The notes under the pieces are model-generated. The model had not been told where the DNA came from and did no database searches. It was given only the letters and a program-made list of their open reading frames with translations. Positions 1-11,264 of a stretch of 37,046 bases of DNA are shown here, piece by piece; within the stretch, counting starts at the first letter, position 1, and each line of letters starts with the position of its first letter. This stretch comes from Nemertoderma westbladi (lineage: Eukaryota; Animalia; Xenacoelomorpha). The position numbers and the translations under genes were made by a program. Where the stretch lies: assembly GCA_032718475.1 (NCBI GenBank), contig JAUCBJ010003838.1:1-37046 (forward strand), in the 5' to 3' direction.

Positions 1-616
1 CGTAGTTTCGCTATCTAAAAAAGCATAGGTAAATTATATGGCTATGTTTTTTGTTAATTTATATGGTTTTCGTACTGTGGTCCTTTTCTGGAACCCATCT
101 GGAGTATTTTTCGTGAGTAAATTTTCAAAAGTTTAGTTCACTAAATTTTATTTATTTGCCGTATATAGCGGTTTTTGGATGCTGAACTTGATTATAGAAC
201 TCAAATAAAACATTTGAAGACATTTTTGGTAATATTGATTGTGCGCCCGGGGACACGGCAAAAACAAGTAGTCGCAAATATGATATTGAGAGAAATCATA
301 ACAAAATCGAAATGATTTTATGACCATATGGGTTTTTTGGCATGCTGATCACGAATATGACACTCAAAAATATTTCATTATCCAAACAATATATATTTTA
401 TGTGATGTTTGGCAATGATGGTTGCCAGAAAATACTTTTAACTGAACTTTACTTAATACTGTTATACGTATATATTTTTTACTGTCACCTGACATAATGA
501 ACCGTTTAATAGGAAGATAAAACCCTTCCATGATTTCATCCACTTTCTCCATTCCTTACAGCGTTTGGACCATTTTCTACCAGCCAACTGAGTATAAAAT
601 CCCTTACAGTTCGACC

Positions 617-3067
617 CATGACCTACTAAATATACATGCTGCATTCTACCTTCTAAATTTAGTAGGCACACGTTTTTAAAATAATTTTTCATATATTTGA
701 AGGATTTTATAATTAAAGTCTTCTAGAACATTTTTCTATGATTCATTTCAATAGTCAAGTATTATAATTTTAAAACAATATATTTTAATAGCTATTTTTA
801 TATATTATTGGTAAATGCCAGTTCCACTTCGTTGGTGCTTACCTACGCCATCTCCTGGAATATAGTGTCTTAATTCAGTGACTTGGCCACCAATAATTAT
901 TATACAAATCTTATGCAACATCTAACGCGTATTAACGCGGAAAGTATTTTATTGAGTCGATTTAATTACTATCTATTAGGGAGACAGGGGGGGGGGGGGG
1001 AACTGGACGCAAAACCCGCCTTGGCGAATTAATATCCCGCCTCAATGTTAAATTCTCAATTTAGGGGAACGAACAGGTTACAGTGGCATGTTATTTTAAC
1101 CAAAACAATAAACTAAACCCAATAAAACAGGTTACAGTTTTATTTTTTAGAGTAATCAAAAGATATTTGCATCCAATATCCCCTGGAGAGGGATGGATTT
1201 TTATTGCGTCCATTACATTATTTTTTAGAGTGTTCTACAGTAGATTGTTTAGCAATTAAATAGCCTCGAGACGATGCTAAAACTTGCCACTTCCGAATGC
1301 TAATATTCCACTCAATTTCATTAAGATTCAGAGGGGGGTGGGGTTGTACTGAATTAAGACATAAAAATATATTGTATTTTTGATAGTGTATTTTGTTATT
1401 TATGCTAGCTAGTGTTTTTCCAAGTAGGCCTATCTATTATAAATGAAATTAGCTAAATTTAGTTTTTTGGTCGTTTCCCAATCTCTGATTAGATTATATT
1501 ATTTTAAAGTTTTTTTGGTATATGTGATAGAATGATCTTTCAATTGACCATAGCATTTTTTTTTTGGAAGCCAGTGTTTTTTTAAACATTGTGTTTTTAC
1601 TAGCAAATTAATGACGAAGGACAACAGCAAATAAATAGTTGATAATTGGTTAATCTTGTGGAATGTTTATTGTTTATAATGTTTTCAATAATGATGATGA
1701 GTACCGGTAAAACTAGAGTTCTATAATTTAGCTATTATACATGACGCTGACGCAGTTTGAATTTGTTTACAGCAGATTCTCTCACTGTCTGGGAGTTGGC
1801 TTTGGATTGATTATTTACAAATGAGATAGCGAAAAAGTAATTCTTGTAATTAGTTCGGTATGGGAAGGACAACTGATTACTTAGGGATAATGATCATATT
1901 GCTTGGTTAGAGTCGAAATAGCTGCTTTGCGGAACTGAAAGGTTTTTTCACTTGATACTTGATAAAATTTCATCAAGGTCGATATTTTCTTTAATCAGGG
2001 AGCGGAGCTGCGAGTTTTATTGATTGTGAGGTTTCTTTGTGACTGACAAGAAATCGACCTCAGCACATTTGTCGGTAGCACGAGAATCGCCGCTCGAATG
2101 GATCTGTTTGTAATCTACCGGTCATCAATCTTCTGCAAGATCAGCAACTGCTGCTCGATTTGTTGACCAAAAATCTCAATTTAGCTAATTTCATTTACAA
2201 TAGATACTTGGAAAAAACACTAGCTAGCATAAATAACAAGAAATAATATCAAAAATACAAGATATTTTTTATGTCTTAATTCAGTGCAACCCCACCCCCC
2301 CTGGAATATTTAGCATTCGGAAGTGGCAAGTTTTAGCATCGTATAACACCCTGCTTTATTTTGTTATTTAAGTAAACAATTGCATTTGGTCGCAGGCATG
2401 GCAGCCTCTATAGCACTTCACCCTAAACCACCCCCCCCCCGCCACCACTAACGACTAATCATCACATCAGGGCGGCACTAGCATAGCTATTAGTCCTTGT
2501 GTGGTGGTGTCCATCACTAATAGCTAACTTATACAATATGTATATTATGTATAAAATTAAAATCATATTATTATTATGTATTATAGTGCAATTTATATTA
2601 TGATGGAGGACAACAATAAAAAATAATCAATAATCGAGGCTATTTAATTACTTTTCAAACGCTTGTAGTTAAGGATTGAAAGCGAAAATAAATATTCTGA
2701 CGCACGCAGTATGGATGATGGAGGTAAAACAATATCTATTTCAAATTCCATGCAATCTCATTAAGATTTGTAGAATAATAATTGGTGGCCAAGTCACTGA
2801 ATTAAGACACAATATTCCAGGAGATGGCGTAGGTAGGCACCGGACGAAGTGGAACTGGCAATTACTAATATTATATAGAAATAGCTATTAAAATAAATTG
2901 TTTTAAAATTATAATACTTGACTATTGAAATGAATCATAAAAAAATGTTCTAGAAGACTTTTATTATAAAATCCTTCAAATATATGAAAAATTATTTTAA
3001 AAACGTGTGCCTAATAAATTTAGTAGGTAGAATGCAGCTTTCATGGGCGTATATTTAGTAGGTCATG
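617..3067. repeat. Large imperfect nested palindrome (foldback-like element)
   Basis: 617-913 is the reverse complement of 2762-3067. 1271-1472 is the reverse complement of 2165-2342. 1254-1269 (aattaaatagcctcga) pairs with 2634-2649. Central spacer is 1473-2164; the right arm has extra sequence at 2343-2633. Confidence 0.9.
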
Positions 3068-3567
3068 TTCGACCCCTCTTTCCATTCCTTACATGATTTC
3101 AACGTCCAATCAAATAATAGTAAATTAACCAATCCCATGTGTTACTGTAAGAGGTGTTCCTAGTAGTGTAAGGATTGGGAATACGCTGCCCGGTCACTGA
3201 ATTACGACACTGTGGTAGTATGTTCTGGGGCATGATGTACATAGGCCATCCAAATTTCGTAACATTTGCCCAAAACATTTAATTAATTATGTATATTGAC
3301 GTTCCAATATAGAGTCAAGTCAACATTGAGACGGAAAATGCAACGCGCTTTTGTGTACACTAAACTCCATGTTAAGGCTCAATGACTTATTTCCTTGCCT
3401 CGAATTTTGTCGTTCGGTGATACTAACTTTTATCTTACGGGAAGATTATTTTATAAATTATTTTTGGTCGATTTGTGGTAATTAATCCAAAACATTTATA
3501 TTTAACTGATTAATTGCCTATCTAATTTCACCTACATTTTTGTTGGTTTATTAGTGCTTGGCTTTGT

Positions 3568-4293
3568 ATGCCATTCGTAAAATCGAAAATGTTCTGGATT
3601 AAATCCAAGGTGATAGTTATTACTACACGTTTTATCCTGATCCTGTTGTTACAAGTAACAAGGAGTAACAGTTATTACAATTGTCCTCAAGGTCAATCGT
3701 ATAGCATCACTTCCTACAACAAGGATATGCAGCATAAATGGGAAGACAAGATTACATCATTGCTAAAGAGCAACAGAATGGAAGACGTTATGGATGGAAG
3801 TTTATTCTACTACTATGGCTGCATAGGATGTTTACGATTGGACGTGAGAGGCATCGCACATGATAACGAGGATGACACTAGTGAAATAATGTTTGAAATC
3901 ACAATGCAGATGTGCGTTTCGCGTACCAGAAATTATATGCCTTGTCTTGATCTCGAAGAAGAGCGATGTGTTCTCTTACTCAAAACATTTCAAGATCAAG
4001 CAGAACACCTCACTGACGATGATAATTCCCGAATGTATTTCGCGATTAAAAGTTACCTTATCTCTGGGTTAACGGTGAAATACGAATCCTGCCAATTACA
4101 GTGCTGCAATTCCCAGTGTCCGGGTCTCCCCCACCCTTGGGATATGGAGTTAGCTACTGCATCAGCAGCCCCGAACAGCTCAGTTGATGAAGTTGACGTC
4201 ACCACAAGTGGTTCGGATACCATCGTCCACGGGGTATGGTGGTTATGGTTCGCGAATCTATTCGGGGCCAGTTCAGTTATTGGATTATTTTAG
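3568..4293 (+). CDS. Intronless Cys-rich secreted, probably GPI-anchored protein (241 aa; alternative start at M8)
   Basis: Uninterrupted ORF with higher GC than its flanks. Hydrophobic N-terminus (VIVITTRFILILLLQVTRS), 10 Cys ending in CQLQCCNSQC, an S/T/A-rich linker, and a terminal hydrophobic tail (SGSDTIVHGVWWLWFANLFGASSVIGLF) with no cytoplasmic segment. Confidence 0.7.
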   Translation: MPFVKSKMFWIKSKVIVITTRFILILLLQVTRSNSYYNCPQGQSYSITSYNKDMQHKWEDKITSLLKSNRMEDVMDGSLFYYYGCIGCLRLDVRGIAHDNEDDTSEIMFEITMQMCVSRTRNYMPCLDLEEERCVLLLKTFQDQAEHLTDDDNSRMYFAIKSYLISGLTVKYESCQLQCCNSQCPGLPHPWDMELATASAAPNSSVDEVDVTTSGSDTIVHGVWWLWFANLFGASSVIGLF

Positions 4294-4689
4294 AAACAAT
4301 AAGCGATTCGCGGAATTGAAATATATTATCCAATTTCAACACACTGTAAAGTAGGCAAATCGCCTACATAATGTTGCGAGTTTTTACTTATAACATAATA
4401 TCAGTCAGTAACTATGCAGTACTTTCGTGATAATAAGGGATTAACGTGTTTTGGGACCTCTACCTAATTTTTTATTGCTCGTAAATCAGCCTCTGTGGGA
4501 AAAGACTTCAAAGACTTTTTTTCATTATTCGGTTACTACACGACACTGATACACCGATATTTTTGTAAGAATTAGGGAATTTTGGCAATTTATTTTTTTT
4601 TTTTTCAAAATTAAAATTATCAATATTAAAGTTAACAATATTCAAATTAGTTTCCATCAGTACTTCCCTTGCAGTTAATATGGTAGAAA

Positions 4690-5548
4690 CGGAGACAGAG
4701 CTTACGTTTAATGACGGAATGAACGTTCGACATTGACAGTCAATGTTATTCGTGTGAAAACATTCTGCAGTAATGAATTTGCTACCGGTGCAGGGGTTGC
4801 CGCTGTGGTTCACAACATGGTGTTCCACATCGCTCCGAATGGAGGATCCAACACCAGTATAACTCTCGTGTTTATCAGTTGTTACAATCGCTGCAGGTTC
4901 CGCAAGATGTTTGATGGGATTGCGCATGGAAGGACTGGATCGATCTTCTATGTACTGCATGAACAGTTTGAGGGACTTTCGGACTCCGGATGAAGATACT
5001 GTAGGGGACACTTGAAGGGCAGTCACCATCCACTGCAATCCTCGTTGCTGAGTTGGCTTCCTGGATGCACCATTCCGCTTCGACGTCACTGCCTCGTCAT
5101 AGTGCGCGTCAGTGAAGGTACCTTCTGATGCCTCATAGTCTGCATTGCGTGGTTGTAGACAGAGGCGTACTCCATCACATAATTAATGTAGTCAGTAAAA
5201 GTACGATCCGATAACATTAACTCCTCTATAACTTCCTTGTGTGGCCATCCATGACACACACACCACAGCGAACTGAAGGAGGTCTGGCAGTCTAACCAGC
5301 CACCTTTGCCGAGGTACAAGATATCATCCATATCCTTTAATTAAAGATACCCTGTTACCGCGTTTGCTGCAGGCACAGCTGTAAAACCTACTGTTCATTT
5401 GGGTGGCATCAGGTCGTCTCTTGGAAAGTGACATTCTCGAAGACACAGTTAGCTCGCTACCACAAAACTGACAAGGCGGTGCTTCTGGTGGACCAATTCC
5501 ATGAATACACCACCAGGTATAAATCTTTTCTGATGAGGTAGGAACTAC
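4690..5548 (-). pseudogene. Merlin-family (IS1595/ISXO2-like) DDE transposase, frameshifted
   Basis: My translation of 5548-5330 gives a Zn ribbon, PPCQFCGSEL...FYSCACSKRGNRVSLIKG. Then an HTH-like segment (EVIEELMLSDRTFTDYINY), first catalytic D in YDEAVTSKR...QW (5098), IEDRS, second D in IVTTDKHESY, HHVVNHS, and HTNNID (family motif HTNxIE). At least two frameshifts. Confidence 0.85.
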
Positions 5549-6084
5549 ATTGCGGTATCATAGTTTAATCATACAGGAGAAATTACAGTTAATTTCAGTA
5601 CAATCAAAGTTCTTGACATTTGACATCTCAACATGGCAGAGCCTTCATTCAGCTCTTATGGCAGACAGAAACTGTAAAATAAATGCAGAAATGGTTCAAC
5701 AATAGTCTGTAAGCCACGGAGTCCCGCTTCGGTAGTACACTATACCTGTACAGCTGTATGTATACTGTTACTGTAGGTCTACTGCAGTCAGGCTGGTGGA
5801 GGCCCTGAAACACGTTAGTCCTGATAATAATAATAACTATATACATCATTGTTCATAAAAGATCACTTTATAACATTACAGAACGAGTGAACGAAAGCCA
5901 TAAAAGCTTTAAAGTACTAATTTTGAACAATTTTATCTAATTTTTATTGATTTATTTATTTATGGGGAATTTTTTTAAATTATGCATAATATTCAAATAT
6001 TGTAGAACAGCCTTGTAACATGAAAGCATGACTTGTTAATTACAAACACTTTCTTTCATATTGTACTAAATTGTACTTAAAGGG

Positions 6085-6145
6085 GATACGCTTTGGGTTA
6101 TGAATGTAAGGGTCGTTGGTTCGATTTCTACCAATGCCATTTTTG
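6085..6145 (+). mobile_element. Possible tRNA-derived SINE remnant
   Basis: B-box-like GGTTCGATT preceded by tRNA-like spacing and followed by a T-run. No A-box or acceptor stem. Confidence 0.25.
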
Positions 6146-6804
6146 TAAGTTTTAGAATTGTGAAATAGTTATTATATTTATAATGACGCGCAGTGACATA
6201 TGGAACGCCGTTGACGCCAAAGTTTACCACTACTCACCTAAGTAGGTACAAACTTAATGAGACAAAATTTATATCTCAGTAACTTTATGGCATTAACTTA
6301 GTGAGACAAATTTAGTGAGATACAATGTATGTTTCAGTAACTTGCTCCATTGAGGCTATATTTATAGGTGGGAAATTTCAATAGGGTATCTTCTGCTCGC
6401 TGGAGGAAGGCAATGTGGGCACTGAGGAAACCTTTACCGATTTCTGCAAATTAGCAGGTACTCTGAACTACTGTCTGTAAGCAGGTGCAGCATGGCTAGA
6501 TTATTATTTATTTAGGCCTACATTGACATAGGCTCCTGGGTTAAATTTTAGTAAATTTAAAAAACAAGCATATTCGGTTTGGCACAAATTGGCAATCGGC
6601 GCGGCACCACAGCGTGGTACCTGCTCCTAATGCAGGGTCCATCTAGATAGGCAGGCACCACGCCCAGGCATTGCCTTCACTTATATCTGCATTGTAAGAC
6701 TACTCTGGTATGTGTGGTAGGGTTGGTACTGAACTTGCTCATTGAGGTACGCACTCTGGCATCTAGGTTAACTTTAGTTAGAAATTTGGTCTACTACAGA
6801 CAGA

Positions 6805-8016
6805 ATGAATAGGCTCAATGCTGATGATAGAAAGTTGGTCGAAAATTTAATTGAACGGGCTTCCAAAATATTTAAACGAAATTTTTGTAGTGTTTACTTC
6901 ATGCAACCAACATCGATAGTGCCGAAATTAAAGGGTGAACTCAAGAAGGCTAGTCACATCTACCCCAGTACCTGTAGCCTCAACCTTGAGATCGGTACGG
7001 AATCAATCCATTACCAAAGTCAATCCAAAGTCAAAGTTCACCGAGAATTAATCGGAAACTTAAGGTCCGATTATTTAGAGCAGCAGTAGTTCCAGTAGTT
7101 CCTCTATGGGAGTCCATGCTGGGCTCTAACTGCTGAGGACACCAAATCTCTGGATGGCACATTCACAAGAATGCTATGCCGGGTTCATTGTGTCAAGTAC
7201 AATGCACACATCTCCAACCAGACACTATATAACATTGGAGGTGTCTCATTGGTTCCCCCAAGCTTGACACTAGAACAAAATCGCCTCCGCTTTGCAGGAC
7301 ATTGCTTTCGCCATGAGGACCAGCCAGTGCATAATCTTGTACTTTGGCAGCCTCATGGAGTGAATAAGCATGGTGGACAGCCCATGACTTTCTTGAGACG
7401 CATCTTAAAGGACACTGGCCTTGAAGATGCGGATGATCTAGCAAATGTCATGGGTGATAGGGAGTTGTGGCGGTGCAATTTTGTCGATAAGCCGGCACAG
7501 CATTCTTAAAAATGCAGCTGCAATGCAGCATGCCGATCCTAGTAGTAGTAGTAGTAAAGTCAATGAGTTTAGGGTTGATGTGTTGTTTCCCAAGACTTAT
7601 AAATCAGGATCAAAGGTGCCCATGTATCGGGGTAAGGAGCAGCTCGTATGTGAAGGGCGCCTATTAAATGGACTTAAACATAACAAAGAAATGACGAAAG
7701 ATGAGATTGTAAGTATTCTGTCGTCTGCATTTTCTTTAAAACTAGGTAAGGAAATTAGACCTATAGGTAATAACAGCCTTCCTACACTCTTTCAAAGTTG
7801 TTATAACTCACTGAAACCAATTTAGCTATGGATGTAAAATTAGATAGGACCACGATTTTCAATTTGTTTAAAAAGCCCAGAATTAAAATTATATATTTAT
7901 TAGTTGATGATGTTTCTGAAGTATCTATTCAAACTGCCATCCATAGAATGGATACTAATGATGGTATTGTATCTAGTTGTGCGTGTGGTCGGACACTCTC
8001 TCCATATCCTCTCTAA
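6805..8016 (+). pseudogene. Unknown ORF interrupted by an RTE insertion
   Basis: Removing 7035-7563 joins ORF 6805 (...HYQSQSKV) in frame to NEFRVDVLFPK...SLKPI (7825). A probable further piece, MDVKLDRTTIFNLFKKPRIKIIYLL, follows after a frameshift. Confidence 0.6.
7035..7555 (+). mobile_element. 5'-truncated RTE-clade LINE 3' end with (TAG)n tail and 8-bp TSD
   Basis: INRKLKVRLFRAAVVPV / LYGSPCWALT...LDGTFTRML...RLRFAGHCFRH...LVLWQP...DTGL...MGDRELWR is the typical RTE ORF C-terminus. Tail tagtagtagtagtagt at 7540-7555. TSD aaagtcaa at 7027-7034 and 7556-7563. Confidence 0.9.
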
Positions 8017-9135
8017 CACTCCGGTTAGGTCAGGTATTCTAGGTCATTGATCAAGAAAACGTGCCACCTCCATGCAGCATAAATGAGGTGCTTCATTCTG
8101 GGATAAGGGATTCTGGTCCTGGATTAAGGACCCATATACTTGGCTGCAGGGGTATATGGCCTGGCCAGGCAGATGGTGATCTACCAATGGCTGGTCAGGA
8201 GTAATGTTCTCATGCGCACTTCACTGCGACCTGCACATGGCAGTAGGGGTACAGGGCATGACCCAGCAGATGAGCTGCACAGCCAATAGTGGGTCATGTG
8301 TGCCAGAGTAGGTATGTGTGATGGGCCTCATATCTGACTCCACTGTGACACCCACCCTGTGGAATGGCAAACCAGGGCGTGGTATTTGCCGTGAGAGCTG
8401 ACTCGGCAAAAAAGCACCCCCCAACCCCCACTATGGATTACATTAGTAATGCGGAGATCTGGCCACTAGAGGCCATTGGAATTACCGGACACAATCAGCC
8501 TCACAGGCGTCATTTATCTCCTGACTGGCTGCCTGACTCACAACCTACTGGAGAAAGAGCAGCCAACAATTCTTTGAGTCCCTTTCCTGATTACCTCTCT
8601 GGCCCAAACCCTGGGTCACCAGGGAGGCCAGATTGTGAGGGGAAGAGGGATTCTGGAGTTGGAGGTTACTCTCATGTTCCACCCCGACTAACAAAGCCAT
8701 TGAATGAAAAAGCCATAAATCTGAGGCAAATCACTAGACTAGCCTCAGTAAAAACCCTAACACTCAGGTCCCCAATGCGACAAGGTCAGCTGACTGCCTT
8801 GGCAGATAAGCTTTCTCTTAGCACAGTGGGTGTTCAATAGCACTGAATGCAGACTGGACAGACTGATGGGGTTCTGATTAAGGACATGGGGAGCTGTGGT
8901 GGACATGGTGGAATTTGTCTATTGATGAATCCAACTGCACGCACATGCAGCATTGGACAAAATAGACCAAATCTCTAATCGCATCATCCGTTGCCACTTA
9001 TCATGTTCTGGAAGACTGTCTAAGAAGTTTCCTAAGGTGGTTCTGATTGTGTGCTACTCTCCAACTAGTGTTGTCCCTGTAGATGAGGTGGAAAATTTCT
9101 ACCACAATCTACAAGCAGCTACTGATGGCATTCAG
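7980..9135 (+). mobile_element. RTE-like LINE 5' portion: GC-richer leader plus degraded AP-endonuclease domain
   Basis: RLASVKTLTLR...QLTALADKLSLSTVGVQ*H matches the APE N-terminus; GGICLLM; ISNRIIRCHL...VVLIVCYSPTS...EVENFYHNLQ. Contains stops and frameshifts and breaks off before the RT. 5' boundary is approximate. Confidence 0.75.
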
Positions 9136-9274
9136 ACAGACATGCAACAGGCTGATAGAATTACAAATCCCCCATTATGAATTTATAATAGGTTGTAACC
9201 AAGACCATGTAGGCAGCCAGCATCTGTTTCCAGTCGCGTCTCCCTACTAGGGTCAAAATATACAAAATAGGTTG

Positions 9275-11264
9275 GCTGAGTTACAGGAGAACTCATCAGA
9301 TGTGGAATTCTCTCCTGAATGAAAGAGATTATTTCAACAGTATTACACGTGACGAGGCCATTAACTACAACGGATACCAGTAAATATAGCTACTATAAAA
9401 CAGTGAAAGTAGCCGGTGCAAAAAGAATGCTGAAGGAACCGATATATGATTGTATGTTCGTTATCTGGGATTTAGCGGAGGCGAGATGCTTATCATCTTT
9501 ACTGATAATCCGCGAGAATCATCTAAACTTCTCAAGTTTAAGGATTTTAGTATCGGATCTGTAGTCACTATAAAGGAACCCCTGATTGACGGGTTCCTTG
9601 GCAACAACTTGGACAACCCTGTGGTCATTACTTTTTACCCGCTCCTTTCCCCACACCACACCCATGGCCGCGATTCCTCCCTTTCAATTATCTTTGTAAG
9701 GAAAAGTCGGTTTCCAACAGTATCGATTGACCAATTTAAATTTAATGTTACTGTGTTAATTAATGTTACTGTGTTAATGTATGATGGTTGGCTCTGTGAT
9801 AGAAGGGAGGAGATTGGACCGGCCAATCAGTGCGTGGGTGTAACAAAACCACAGGAACATGGATGAGCTTTGTCGGTGGGGATGTGGTGTACGAATAACG
9901 ACATCATAGACTTTGGGACATCTTATGTAAGTTGGAAACTTACGAAGTTATTTGTATCGTCCCAGTCTCTGAATCTTCCGCTGTCCCTAATCGATGAAGA
10001 TGGATTAAGGCAATCCATCTGCAGCATTTCTGTGGCTGTCAATAACAGTGGTGGTTGGACTGTAATGGGCTGGTACAATGTGCAATATCTAAGGAGGATG
10101 GAGGCAAACTCAACCTCAACCACAATTGACAGCATCTAATCCCATGATGGAAAAACGTGAAGGTGATGGGGATGGTCTCATTGATTGGAGTCCGTTTGAA
10201 GGGGATGAAGAAGCCCTTCAATGCGACACCATGCATGAGCTCCATATTCCAGATATTGATCTGGAGGAGGTAGGTGATGTTGACATGGTTGAAGGGGGTG
10301 GAAGAGGTTGATCATGTAGAGGCAATAGAGATGGACAGTGATTCTCTCATTATTGAGAACAAGGAGGTTTGTGAGAATTGTAAGCCTATTAAAACTCCAG
10401 AACACCCTCTGGAGTTACCCATGTCCAGGAAAACTGTAAGTCGGGAATATGGATTCCTTTGTTATGATATTGAGAAGACTATGTACTCTGTAAAGAGTGC
10501 TCCATCTATTTGTCATCAGGTAGTGGTCATTCTCATGTGATGTCATATTCCTCTGGCTGGCCTTCTTTGATATACATTATACTTTACATTAATATTTATA
10601 TTGATTTATATTGATATACATTTGACTTATATATGTCTAGCAAATAAGATCCCAGGTTTTTTAGGTAATCCTATTAACCTTCTTGATCTACTAGCTGCTG
10701 AGTTTCGAGACAGCTGGAGGGAGGTCATTAACGAAATTCATCTTCATCCTATGAAGACAGTAGTTAAAGACTTTACGAAGGTTATCTGTGAGTACCAAGA
10801 GAATATGGAGAATATGGACTTGGCGACATTTATCAAATTAATGGATAAAGGTTGCATTCCAAGTGTGGTATGTGGTTTGGGATGTGTACAGTAGATTAAA
10901 GATTCTAAACCAATTCCCTTCCATTGGCAAGACGTTTCCCCATTAAAAAATCCTTTAGAGCAAAGCCTCATCTAGTACGGTCCTTCGGGAATGATTGGCC
11001 ATATACGTTCATGCAACTCGACAGGGAAGCAATGGCAGGTATGGCAGTTACTGCTGAAGGATTATGTATCATTGTATGCAAGAAACATAAGTCGACGAAC
11101 AAGTTTGTCTTCCACCTGCCAAACAATCCTGCATTTGATGACCCTATGATCTACCCACACACGTTTGCCATGACCACTATCTCACCACATATTGTGCGTG
11201 GGCCAATTGATAATGTGTACAGCAACAGTTTCCATACTGTAAAGGCTGAGGTCAATTATAATGG
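9275..11264 (+). repeat. Copy 1 of a ~2-kb direct duplication (degraded two-gene element)
   Basis: Near-identical to 15719-17687 from gctgagttacaggag to ataatgg, with few substitutions and small indels. Confidence 0.95.

Noticed and set aside
1-370. Non-autonomous DNA transposon fragment (two ggttttt.g..tgctga motifs ~160 bp apart)
   Set aside because: Plausible, but it is cut by the window edge, with no termini or family support.
6085-6145. Functional tRNA gene
   Set aside because: Only a B-box; no cloverleaf.
6612-6663. 13-bp GC-rich stem-loop (gcgtggtacctgc/gcaggcaccacgc)
   Set aside because: Single mismatched hairpin with no supporting context.
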